From Candidatus Aenigmatarchaeota archaeon (GTDB lineage Archaea > Aenigmatarchaeota > Aenigmatarchaeia > GW2011-AR5), in the NCBI GenBank assembly GCA_043799385.1, contig JAZDNV010000016.1:1-50594 (forward strand): a stretch of DNA of 50,594 bases, read 5' to 3'. Numbering within the stretch: position 1 is the first letter of the stretch; every line of letters starts with the position of its first letter. Shown here piece by piece: positions 10,177 to 19,145 of the stretch. The translations under genes and the position numbers were made by a program. Below the pieces are notes generated by a model, which saw only the letters and a list, made by a program, of their open reading frames with translations, did no database searches and had not been told where the DNA came from.

Positions 10177-11418
10177 TTACTTTAAAGACCAGACTTCTTT
10201 GACGAGGTCTTGAATCTTGATATTCTTCTCCTTCCCAGTCTTCATATCGCGTAATTTCACCGACTCCTCCTTCAGCTCTTTCTCGCCGATAATTATTACG
10301 TACTGCATTTTTTTTGCATTCGCGTAGTCCAGCTGCTTTGAGATGCTTTTTCCCAACGATAGGATAGCAGCAATATTCTTGTTTCTCAGCATGTTGCAAA
10401 TGTCGATTGCATCCCTTCTCAGGTTATTGGAAACCGGTATCACAAAAAACTTATTTTTTTCATCAGCCTTAATTAGGTTATTTTTTTCAAGAATAGGAAT
10501 TAACCTTTCAACGCCAATGCCAAATCCGGTCGCTGGCGTCTCTTCGCCACCGTATTTTTTTATCAGATTATCGTATCTTCCGCCAGCGGCTATTGCGTCT
10601 TTGCTACCATCAACGTTAATTTCGAATATCATTCCAGTATAGTAATCCAGGCCGCGTGCGATGGAGAAGTCGATTTTTACGAATTTTCTATATTTCTCAT
10701 CCAGTAGGTTTATTATCTCCTTCAGCTCTTTCAGGTTTTTCATATCCGATTCATTTGGGTTAGATTTAATAAATTCAATTACTTCATCTATCTGTTTTTT
10801 GTTCAGTATTTTTTTTAGTTCGCTCCTTACTTCCAGCTCCCCTTTCTTCTCTATTTTATCTATAATGCGAAAGACTTCTTCCTTGTTCTTTATTCCAAAA
10901 TTATCTGCCATCTCGTCCAGTATTTCCCTACTGTTGACCCTGACAATAAAATCCGTTAAACCCAGTGAAAGAAGGCAGTCGATCACCATTTGCAGAATTT
11001 CTGCATCTGCTTCTGGAAGCGCAGAACCGATTAATTCTATGCCTGCTTGAGAGAACTCACGATAACGCGATTTCGTGGTCTCTTCATACCGCCATGATTT
11101 GCCGATGCAATACCACCGCACAGGCTTTGCAAGTTTCTGTGCTGCAACTATTCTGGCAATGGGAACCGTAAAATCAAAGCGTAAACCTAGCCTGCGTTCT
11201 GATTTATCCTCAAATTTATAGACATCCTTTACCGCCTCGTCGCCAAGCGAGCCCTTGCACGTTAGCAGTTCTAATGATTCAAAAGCAGGCGTTTCGACCT
11301 CGCCGTAGCCGTATTTCTCGAATACTTCTCTAAGTAATTCGAATACGAACCTTCTCTTCTCCATATCGTCTGGCAGAAAGTCTCTTGTGCCCTTTGGCGG
11401 TTGGAACATAATAATCAC
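10177..11418 (-). CDS. hisS: Histidine--tRNA ligase
   Basis: PKGTRDF, LRFDFTVP, WRYE, RYREFSQ, ARGLDYYTG, GGRYD, GFGIGVER. Confidence 0.98.
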   Translation of the reverse strand: MIIMFQPPKGTRDFLPDDMEKRRFVFELLREVFEKYGYGEVETPAFESLELLTCKGSLGDEAVKDVYKFEDKSERRLGLRFDFTVPIARIVAAQKLAKPVRWYCIGKSWRYEETTKSRYREFSQAGIELIGSALPEADAEILQMVIDCLLSLGLTDFIVRVNSREILDEMADNFGIKNKEEVFRIIDKIEKKGELEVRSELKKILNKKQIDEVIEFIKSNPNESDMKNLKELKEIINLLDEKYRKFVKIDFSIARGLDYYTGMIFEINVDGSKDAIAAGGRYDNLIKKYGGEETPATGFGIGVERLIPILEKNNLIKADEKNKFFVIPVSNNLRRDAIDICNMLRNKNIAAILSLGKSISKQLDYANAKKMQYVIIIGEKELKEESVKLRDMKTGKEKNIKIQDLVKEVWSLK

Positions 11419-11428
11419 TTATCCTCCG

Positions 11429-12010
11429 TTATTTTAATTCTTGCAGCCTTCTGTAAAAGCAAGTCCGCTCACCAGTATGACAGGCAGGACCATTTGGCCT
11501 GACGCGATAGAGCAAAGCATCTCCATCACAGTCATACAATATCTCTTCCATTTTCATAGTATTTCCTGATGTCATACCCTTTGTCCATAGTCCCTTCTTG
11601 CTGCGGCTGTAGAATGTTGCATATCCTTTCTCTCTCGTCACTTGCAGCGCTTCCTGCGATACGTATGCGAGCATCAGGACTTCGCCTGTATCTGCATTCT
11701 GAACTACTGCAGGCAAAAGCCCGTCCATCTTTTCCCACGCCAATCCGTTTGCTCCTTTTGTCTTGCCGGATAGATAGTAGCAATTGAAGATTTCTTCCTG
11801 CACGGATGGTGGTAACGCCTCTAATTCATATATCGTATTATCTCCTTCAGGCCCTTCGCCGGAGATCTTGGATACGTTATACCTGAATGCAGCAGAAACT
11901 CCGCTTGCCCTTGTCATAACGCGGCCGATTCCTGGGTATTCATTTATTCCCAGAACCCTGTATGACCCGCTAACTGGAACCAAATCCTTTGACAGTTTCA
12001 CTTCTTCCAT
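11429..12010 (-). CDS. hisI: Phosphoribosyl-AMP cyclohydrolase (HisI) domain with an N-terminal extension of about 85 aa
   Basis: GLLPAVVQ...VLMLAY...FYSRS..LWTKG.TSGN...DCDGDALL...GPACHTGERTCF; GAGGTGA RBS. Confidence 0.9.
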   Translation of the reverse strand: MEEVKLSKDLVPVSGSYRVLGINEYPGIGRVMTRASGVSAAFRYNVSKISGEGPEGDNTIYELEALPPSVQEEIFNCYYLSGKTKGANGLAWEKMDGLLPAVVQNADTGEVLMLAYVSQEALQVTREKGYATFYSRSKKGLWTKGMTSGNTMKMEEILYDCDGDALLYRVRPNGPACHTGERTCFYRRLQELK

Positions 12011-12251
12011 TTTAAATCACCTCTTTTCTTTATTTTTACGGATTCGTCGGAGATAGAAAGAACTAAATCAAGAACATCAGAATAATTAAGGCCGAGCGTC
12101 TTCCTTATATCAGCAGGTATGAATATGCGTCCGCGGTCATCAATCTTTGCGTAGAATTTGATATTTTGAGGTCTAGATGAATCGCCTAATTTTCGTTTTT
12201 GATTAAGCTTCTTGTCAGTGGGGTGAACCCCCTGTGAAAGTAATCACTCAT
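11998..12251 (-). pseudogene. AbrB/MazE/SpoVT-type DNA-binding gene with interrupted reading frame (pseudogene, frameshift or intron)
   Basis: Open frame ...IKFYAKIDDRGRIFIPADIRKTLGLNYSDVL... ends at TGA 11998 with no in-frame ATG/GTG/TTG; the RBS-preceded ATG at 12251 is in another frame and stops after 21 aa. Confidence 0.7.
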
Positions 12252-12308
12252 CTTTGACACCTTTCAGATATCTACGCTAAACTAGTACTTAAAGATTTTG
12301 TGGGAGTG

Positions 12309-12376
12309 GGCTTTGTTGCAGAACTAATCCGAAGCATTGACTTCTGCAACAGAAAGTCTACTTTTGCAACAAAGCC
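12309..12376. mobile_element. 68-bp MITE, IS903-like (IS5 family) ends, 9-bp TSD
   Basis: TIR GGCTTTGTTGCA/TGCAACAAAGCC; exact direct repeat GTGGGAGTG at 12300-12308 and 12377-12385. Confidence 0.85.
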
Positions 12377-12407
12377 GTGGGAGTGTGGTTGAAAAATTAT
12401 AAAAAAG

Positions 12408-12496
12408 GGCCGCGACCGGGATTTGAACCCGGGCTAAAGGATCCACAGTCCTATGCACTCCGAAGATTTGTGCTACCAAGCTACACAATCGCGGCC
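12408..12496 (-). tRNA. tRNA-His(GUG) with a 15-nt intron at 27/28 (12453-12467)
   Basis: Encoded G-1; acceptor GCCGCGA/TCGCGGC+C; BHB GCAC-AA^A-TC(TTCG)GA-GTGC-AT^A; splicing restores AAGGA-CT-GTG-GA-TCCTT. Confidence 0.93.
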
Positions 12497-12572
12497 ATAA
12501 TCCATTCACAGCCAAAGCTCATGATGGCCAATATCTAATTGTCCCATAATTTATAAATCTTATAAGAAGGCG

Positions 12573-12902
12573 CTATTTCTTCTCTGGCTCCAGGCCGATT
12601 GGTCCTCTGTATCCGCATTTGTTGCACTGGTAACACTGGTCAAATAAGAACGACTGGTATAACTTGGAACCGCATTTCGGGCATTCGTATCTGGTAGGAA
12701 CACAGAAGGGAATGTTCGGTGCTGATATAGTCTTCTTTTTTGGAAGATTTTTATTATTCTTTCTAATCTCTGCTTTGAGCTTATTAGGCATCGGCCTGCA
12801 TCTGCAATTCTTCTGATGCTCAATGTGCCATTCTATTCTCTGCTCCGCATTTGCATTCTTAGGCATCTTGTTTTTCATGTGCCATTTTTTATTTATTTCC
12901 AT
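12573..12902 (-). CDS. Small two-module metal-binding protein (His/Cys N-module plus C-terminal zinc ribbon)
   Basis: WH...WHIEHQKNCRCRP followed by CPKCGS...CNKCGYRGP; overlaps the pheT stop. Confidence 0.75.
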   Translation of the reverse strand: MEINKKWHMKNKMPKNANAEQRIEWHIEHQKNCRCRPMPNKLKAEIRKNNKNLPKKKTISAPNIPFCVPTRYECPKCGSKLYQSFLFDQCYQCNKCGYRGPIGLEPEKK

Positions 12903-14557
12903 AGAAAATCGAAAATCATGTTGACGTTTAATTCAAAGGCAACTACAGGCTTTTCTAACCGCCAGTTTTCTAGTACCTGCGGGTTTATCTCCCCGACAAT
13001 GCCGATATGCTTTCCATTGACGATGATTTCTGCTGCCCTGCCGTGAATGAAGCTGCCGTGCTCCTTTCTCTTTAATTCGTATTTGAGACCCAACGTTTTG
13101 AGAAATGCATCGAGATTGGACGATATCTCCTCGTAGCTTACAGAATTGTCGGTTATTACGCACGTCAGCTTTTTTTCATCCCTTGTTTTTGTTTCAGCAC
13201 TTTCGTCAATAACGACACAATCTGCTAATTCGAATATCTTCTGCGGATAATCGACGTGCTTGTTTTTCGTTGCGAATTCGATTATGCTCGGCATTAGCCA
13301 ATTCCTGAGCGTTGTCCAGCTGCTGCTGACAGGGTTTTCTATCTCTATTATCCTATCTTCTTCTATATTCATTTTTTCAAACAGATTTTCCTTGTTCGTC
13401 AATGAAAACGTGAGTATTTCCTGGAAGCCAAGTCCGATCATGACCTCTCTCAATTTTTCTGAAAAAGCTTCTAGTTCATTTATTTTTCCTATCGTTGCCA
13501 ATCTCGGTTGTTCCGGTTTCATCCTGTTAAATCCGTATGATATAGCCACGTCCTCTATTATGTCGCGTGAATGCATTATATCGTCCCGATAAGCAGGATA
13601 ACTGACGACAATATTTTTGCCAGGCTTTGCATCATACCGCGATTGCTTTAGCAGTTTTATTATCTCACGGTCGCTGAGATCAAGCCCAAGAATCTTTCTG
13701 CAGTAATCAGTATCGAGAGAGAATTTTTTTGCAGTCAAGTCCGGTCTTGTGATTTTGCTTTTTCCATAGTAGATATCTACGCTCTGTATCTGCCCGCCGC
13801 GCTCGGCTAATGCAGTAACGATAACGTTTAACGCTATCGAGATTCTTTTTATTTCATGCCCTGTTATCTCGATGAACACATTTTTTGTTTTTTCTGATAT
13901 CTTCCCCGTCAGCGATGAGTTTATTATAGGCGGTATCGATAGTACGTTTCCTTTTGAGTCAATCATGAGCGGGTATTCTTCGAATTTGTTTATCAGATGA
14001 CCATAATCACGACCGCACGGATGTTTCTTCAATATCTCTGCCGGCGTCATCTCTTCTTCAAAGTCGAGAGGAGTGAATTTTATTCCATTTGGTTTAACAG
14101 TCGTGTATTTTATAGGCGGCTTTATGCAGTCTAGGTCGTAGATTCCTGCTGCGCAGAATTCTCTTTTTCTACCATACGTTTGGTGAATCTTTTCCTGAAG
14201 CTGTATCATCTGCTTTATGAAATAATCATCAAACCTAACATTCTTCACAACAGCGCAGACGGTTTTCGCCCGAACGTTCTCTACCTTTTTATCTACAATC
14301 ATCTTTATTCCGGATTTTTTTATTTTGTATTTTGCTAGTCCTGGATCACCGTAGCGTCCGCGCATCTCACGTGCAATCCCTTCTATGCTCCACAAATCAG
14401 GTCGATTGCTATCCTTGATATCAGCCTTTACCATATCGCCATTGACGCTCTCTATCTCGCCCTTGGCGAACATTATTGAGTCTTCCAATTCCTTTGCAGT
14501 GATTTTTCTCCTCAACAATTTCTGCAAATCCTTTAGTGAAAATTCAACTGTTGGCAT
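12893..14557 (-). CDS. pheT: Phenylalanine--tRNA ligase beta subunit
   Basis: SNRPDLWS.EG, QEKIH...GRKR, PPIINS, YRDDIMH..DIIED. Confidence 0.97.
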   Translation of the reverse strand: MPTVEFSLKDLQKLLRRKITAKELEDSIMFAKGEIESVNGDMVKADIKDSNRPDLWSIEGIAREMRGRYGDPGLAKYKIKKSGIKMIVDKKVENVRAKTVCAVVKNVRFDDYFIKQMIQLQEKIHQTYGRKREFCAAGIYDLDCIKPPIKYTTVKPNGIKFTPLDFEEEMTPAEILKKHPCGRDYGHLINKFEEYPLMIDSKGNVLSIPPIINSSLTGKISEKTKNVFIEITGHEIKRISIALNVIVTALAERGGQIQSVDIYYGKSKITRPDLTAKKFSLDTDYCRKILGLDLSDREIIKLLKQSRYDAKPGKNIVVSYPAYRDDIMHSRDIIEDVAISYGFNRMKPEQPRLATIGKINELEAFSEKLREVMIGLGFQEILTFSLTNKENLFEKMNIEEDRIIEIENPVSSSWTTLRNWLMPSIIEFATKNKHVDYPQKIFELADCVVIDESAETKTRDEKKLTCVITDNSVSYEEISSNLDAFLKTLGLKYELKRKEHGSFIHGRAAEIIVNGKHIGIVGEINPQVLENWRLEKPVVAFELNVNMIFDFLWK

Positions 14558-15795
14558 TATATCACCTTCATCTCACGGAGCCATTTCAGGTCGTTGCTGA
14601 ATAAGTAACGAATGTCGTCTATCCCGAGCTTGAACATTGCTAAACGGTCAATACCAATACCCCAGGCTATGACAGGAACGTCTATGCCCAGCGGTTTTGT
14701 TAATTCTTCCCTGAAGATTCCTGATCCGCCGAACTCTATCCACCCCAGCTCCGGATGCTTTGCTGATAGCTGCGCGCTCGGTTCTGTGAACGGATAATAA
14801 TCCGGAAGGAATTTTACTTTCTCAGCTCCTGCCACTTCTTTTGCAAACATTTCAAGAATGCCTAGTAGATTCCTGAACGTCAGCGACTCATCTACTACAA
14901 TTCCTTCAGCCTGGTTGAATTCTATTAAGTGCGTGGCGTCCAGCACGTCCGGCCTATAGCATCGTGCAATAGCAAAGTATTTTCCGGGTATTTCCGGTTT
15001 ATTTGCTAGCGTACGTGCAGAAAGACACGTGCCGTGCGCTCGTGGCATCAACTGCATAGCCTTTCTCGGGTCCCACTTATACTGCCAGCCAACGCTTCCG
15101 CTTATTCCGTTCTCATGCGCTTCCTTAACATTTTTTGCGATATCTGGTATTGTTCCGTGCTTTGGATATTTTAACTGATAAGTACTAGTCCAGTCGCGAG
15201 CCGGATGGTTCTGCGGCTGGTAGAGTGCGTCGAAATTCCAGAACTCTGTTTCTATTGAAGGACCGGTCATCTCCTTGAAGCCCAGTTCCACAAGCCTGTT
15301 TTTTACCCCATTCACAAAATTCAGGTACGGCTGCCTTTTACCAGGGTAGATTCTCCTTCCGGTCGCAGAAACATTATACGGTTTTAATTTTACCCTTTTC
15401 CAGAACCCGGTTTTTATCAATTCCGGTGTTAGATTGTTTACCTCGCTGCCAATCTGCTTTTCAGCGATTTTGACAATATCCTCGCGCTCTTTTTCAATCA
15501 ACTTCCTGTTGAGTAGAATAGAAAGCATTTCATTGCTTACGTCCTTACCTTCTGCTACGTGCTTTAATGCAACTTCCTCTTTGCATTCTTCTGGTTCGTT
15601 TATCAATTCTATCTCACCGCGGCCTACAAAAATCCAGTTATTCTTTTTTGCCCACTGCAGAGCAACAGAAAAATTCTCTATCAGGTTTTTTGCATCATCA
15701 ACTTTGATTTTACCCTTTTTCAGCAGTTTTACAAGGCTCCTTTCAGGCAAGCCATTTTCTAGGTAAGTTTTGCCCTCTTCTGTGAGCCTGTACAT
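14557..15795 (-). CDS. pheS: Phenylalanine--tRNA ligase alpha subunit
   Basis: [54 protein letters not shown]. Confidence 0.97.
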   Translation of the reverse strand: MYRLTEEGKTYLENGLPERSLVKLLKKGKIKVDDAKNLIENFSVALQWAKKNNWIFVGRGEIELINEPEECKEEVALKHVAEGKDVSNEMLSILLNRKLIEKEREDIVKIAEKQIGSEVNNLTPELIKTGFWKRVKLKPYNVSATGRRIYPGKRQPYLNFVNGVKNRLVELGFKEMTGPSIETEFWNFDALYQPQNHPARDWTSTYQLKYPKHGTIPDIAKNVKEAHENGISGSVGWQYKWDPRKAMQLMPRAHGTCLSARTLANKPEIPGKYFAIARCYRPDVLDATHLIEFNQAEGIVVDESLTFRNLLGILEMFAKEVAGAEKVKFLPDYYPFTEPSAQLSAKHPELGWIEFGGSGIFREELTKPLGIDVPVIAWGIGIDRLAMFKLGIDDIRYLFSNDLKWLREMKVI

Positions 15796-15848
15796 AAATC
15801 AAATTATTCCTAGCATAATTTAAAAAGATAGGGAATGATTATGATACT

Positions 15849-17333
15849 ATGGACATAGAAGATATAGCAAAGAGGCGTGGATTCTTCTGGCAGTCCTGCG
15901 AGATATACGGCGGTATCAGCGGCTTTTATGACTACGGACCGTTAGGCGCCTTGCTTAAGTTGCGGATAGAAAATCTGATAAGGGATTATTACATAAAGGA
16001 AGAGAATTGCCTATTGATAGACGCATCGTTGCTAACGAGCGAAAATCCATGGATAGCCAGCGGTCATGTATCCTCTTTCAGCGATATGCTGACCGACTGC
16101 AAGGAATGCGGCCAGGCGTATCGTGCGGATCATCTAGTTGAGGAGAAGCTGGATATAAAGACCGAGGGCATGAAAGTCCCTGAAATTCAGGAGCTCATGG
16201 AAAAGAACAAGATAAAATGTCCTAAGTGTAAAGGATCATTAGATAAAATTTATGATTACAACCTTCTTTTCAAATCGTTCATCGGTTCAGGCAAGGATAA
16301 AATGCCAGCAATAATGCGGCCGGAAACCGCGCAGACGATATACATGTCATTCAAGCGGTTATTTGAGATAGGAAGAAAGAAATTGCCGCTTGGAGTTATA
16401 CAGATAGGTAAATCGTTCCGCAATGAGATATCGCCGCGAAAAGCACTCGTGCGGCTACGAGAGTTCACTCAAGCAGAAATCCAGTTTTTCATCCATCCGA
16501 AGCAAAAGAACGAGTGGAACATAGATGAAATAAAAGACGAAGAATTGCATGTTTTGACAAAGGATGACCAGAATGGCAATAAAGCAAAAAAAGTGAAGAT
16601 AGGCGAACTTGTTAAGAAGAAACAGATGAGCAGCATGATAGCATATTTCTTAGCCAAATCTGTGCATTTATACAGCAAAATGGGTATAGACGAGAAAAAG
16701 TTGCGGTTACGGCAGCATAAGGACGAGGAACGCTCGTTCTACTCGAGCGACACCTGGGACGTCGAGTTCATTTCCGACAATTACGGAAAAATCGAACTCG
16801 TTGGCATAGCTGACCGCAGCGACTATGACCTGAAGAAGCACATGGAGTTCAGCAAAGCTGATATGCGCGTTGATTTCGAAGGCGAGAAATTCATTCCGCA
16901 CGTCGTCGAGGTATCGTATGGCATTGACCGTCCGCTGTTGTGCATAATGGAATCGTGCGTGAAGAAGGACAACGATCGCGTGTATTTTTCATTCCCGCCA
17001 TACGTTTCGCCGTATCAGATTGCAGTTTTTCCGCTAGTCTCGAAAGACGGCTTGCCGGAGAAGGCGAAAGAGGTTTACAATATCCTAGAAAAAGAATTTT
17101 TTGTTTTGTACGACAAGGGCTTCATCGGTAAACTATATTACCGTCAAGATGAAGCTGGCACGCCGTTCTGCATAACGATTGATTATGAAACGCTCAAGGA
17201 CAATACGGTTACTATAAGGCATCGTGACACCCAACGCCAGATAAGAGTCAGCGTCAATGGCATTGTAGGATTGATGCAAAAACTGGTGAATAACGAGATA
17301 GTATTCGAGAAGGCGGGAAAAGTCATCAAATGA
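15849..17333 (+). CDS. glyS: Glycine--tRNA ligase (alpha2 type)
   Basis: RRGFFW...YGG...YDYGPLG, RPETAQ, FRNEISPR, REFTQAE, PHVVEVSYGIDR. Confidence 0.97.
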   Translation: MDIEDIAKRRGFFWQSCEIYGGISGFYDYGPLGALLKLRIENLIRDYYIKEENCLLIDASLLTSENPWIASGHVSSFSDMLTDCKECGQAYRADHLVEEKLDIKTEGMKVPEIQELMEKNKIKCPKCKGSLDKIYDYNLLFKSFIGSGKDKMPAIMRPETAQTIYMSFKRLFEIGRKKLPLGVIQIGKSFRNEISPRKALVRLREFTQAEIQFFIHPKQKNEWNIDEIKDEELHVLTKDDQNGNKAKKVKIGELVKKKQMSSMIAYFLAKSVHLYSKMGIDEKKLRLRQHKDEERSFYSSDTWDVEFISDNYGKIELVGIADRSDYDLKKHMEFSKADMRVDFEGEKFIPHVVEVSYGIDRPLLCIMESCVKKDNDRVYFSFPPYVSPYQIAVFPLVSKDGLPEKAKEVYNILEKEFFVLYDKGFIGKLYYRQDEAGTPFCITIDYETLKDNTVTIRHRDTQRQIRVSVNGIVGLMQKLVNNEIVFEKAGKVIK

Positions 17334-17334
17334 A

Positions 17335-18438
17335 TTAAGGCCTCTTCTTGAGAACTTCTTTACTTCTTTTATGCTCTTTCATCTTTTCGTATTTTTTTGA
17401 TATCTCCCTGCTCAAATTATTCATCGCATCCTGCGCAACGCTGACCAGATCGAATCCGCAGGTTTTTGTCGATACGAACATCCCTATATTAGTTGGTAAT
17501 TGTACATGAACTGAGTATTTTTTCCTTCCCTTCAAACTTATATACTCCACAGATATTTTCATCGGCTGCAGTTCCAAACCACTCATGCTGTTTATCAATT
17601 CGCCGGCCGCCTGATAGATTTTATCTATCTGCGATTGGGATTCATCCTGCAATCCTGTTATTTGTATGTATTCCATTCTCTTTGGTTTAACGGTTAAACG
17701 CAATATATCCTTTGGTTTTATGATGGTTATTTTACCATCAGCTACGATTAATGAATCATTATTCCTGAACAAAGTTATGGCATCGTTTATTTTCTTGTCC
17801 GGTGTTATGATAACCGCCTGACTCATTATTATGCCTGCTGATGTTTTATCGAAGCTGACCCTCTTTTCATCCTTGTGCCTGCTTCTCCTGTCATGCGCCT
17901 CATATTTCATTTTTTTAATGATTTTTATGAAATCAAGAGCCTCGATTTTACCTATTACTTTGTTATATCCATCGACAACAGGAACTACAGTAATATTTTT
18001 ATTTATTATTATATCCTTTATTTTTCCAACATCATCATCTCTGTTCAAAAGAATACATGGTTTTTTTATATCATTGACGACTCCGTCAACCTTTACTGTA
18101 GTCAATAAATCGCTTTCTGATAGAATGCCGCGCAATTCCGTATCGAAAACGGGCATTGCCTTGAGGCTAGAATTGACTATGGCTTCTATGGCGTCGTTAA
18201 CGTCATCGCTTGGGTTCAGTTTTTGCGCAGTTGTCATGAACGCTGAAACGTTTGTTGTGGTAGGGTCAACCTCTTTCGCTATTATTTTACTTATAGTTAT
18301 GATGCCCCTGAGCTCTTTGCCGTACGTGACTGGCAGCTGGTCAAAATTGTATTTTTGCATCTTGCCCAACGCATCGCTTATGCTATCGTCAGGTGAGCAT
18401 GTTATAACATCTTTTATCATCAGGTCTTTGACAAGCAT
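17335..18438 (-). CDS. Tandem CBS-domain protein with a C-terminal HPF/RaiA-like domain (Hib-type ribosome hibernation factor candidate)
   Basis: CBS repeats (VKDLM...LPV...GIIT; MPV...GILSESDLL; VPVVD...IG) followed by YIQITGL...YSVHVQL...GFDLVSVAQDAMNNLSREI. Confidence 0.75.
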   Translation of the reverse strand: MLVKDLMIKDVITCSPDDSISDALGKMQKYNFDQLPVTYGKELRGIITISKIIAKEVDPTTTNVSAFMTTAQKLNPSDDVNDAIEAIVNSSLKAMPVFDTELRGILSESDLLTTVKVDGVVNDIKKPCILLNRDDDVGKIKDIIINKNITVVPVVDGYNKVIGKIEALDFIKIIKKMKYEAHDRRSRHKDEKRVSFDKTSAGIIMSQAVIITPDKKINDAITLFRNNDSLIVADGKITIIKPKDILRLTVKPKRMEYIQITGLQDESQSQIDKIYQAAGELINSMSGLELQPMKISVEYISLKGRKKYSVHVQLPTNIGMFVSTKTCGFDLVSVAQDAMNNLSREISKKYEKMKEHKRSKEVLKKRP

Positions 18439-18443
18439 TTAAA

Positions 18444-19067
18444 TCACGGTTTATGCCTTGTGATTTGATAGTATGTGCAGTCGCCTTCGTTGTCGACAAG
18501 AGCCCAAAGCATGCGTGCGCGGATGTTATGCGCTAATCGAACCGCACGCGAGAGTTCTTGAAAAGAGCATGTGAAATCTTCAGGAACAGTGAATACAATC
18601 CACTTAGTGTGCTCTTTTGCAGATTTCGGGCCTTTCTTCAACTGGACGCCACGTTCATATACGCGGAAGTCGCAGCCGAACTTGAATCCGGTTCGGACAA
18701 GAAGACCGCGTTCCCTCAAATCCTCGTATACACGATAGCGATGTGGAAGCCTCTTATCCAATGAAACAGCATGATTATACAATTCCTCGAAGCTTACAGT
18801 TTTCTTGTCCTTAAGGACGCGGATTCTGCCGCGCTTCAGCAGCAATAGCGACTCGATTAATGCAAGTTCAAGGCGGTCGCCGATCTGCTTGCCGTAGTAC
18901 CCTGGTTCATATATCTGATCCCATTTCTCAAAAACAACGATCTTATCTTCTTCCAATGAAGAATCTATGACTTCTTTCGGTTTTTCCCATTCAACATATT
19001 CTGGCATATCTTCCTTTTCTTCTTCAATAATCTTCTCTTCTTGTATTTTCTTCTTCTTTTTTCCCAT
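18444..19067 (-). CDS. endA: tRNA-splicing endonuclease, single catalytic (alpha-type) unit
   Basis: G.YG...LELALIES; VYEDLRERG..VRTGFKFGCDFRVYERG; VRLAH..R; ALVD..GD.TYY. Start likely the ATG at 19067 (track starts at 19103). Confidence 0.95.
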   Translation of the reverse strand: MGKKKKKIQEEKIIEEEKEDMPEYVEWEKPKEVIDSSLEEDKIVVFEKWDQIYEPGYYGKQIGDRLELALIESLLLLKRGRIRVLKDKKTVSFEELYNHAVSLDKRLPHRYRVYEDLRERGLLVRTGFKFGCDFRVYERGVQLKKGPKSAKEHTKWIVFTVPEDFTCSFQELSRAVRLAHNIRARMLWALVDNEGDCTYYQITRHKP

Positions 19068-19145
19068 AGAACCACTTGTCGCAATAGATAATTTCCTTAT
19101 CAATATTTAAATTGATTCTATTATTGTTGATTCATGCATGAGAAT

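Noticed and set aside
12324..12515. Short track ORFs overlapping tRNA genes (also 19745-19939, 34045-34245, 35577-35972)
   Set aside because: Explained by tRNA sequence; no protein motifs
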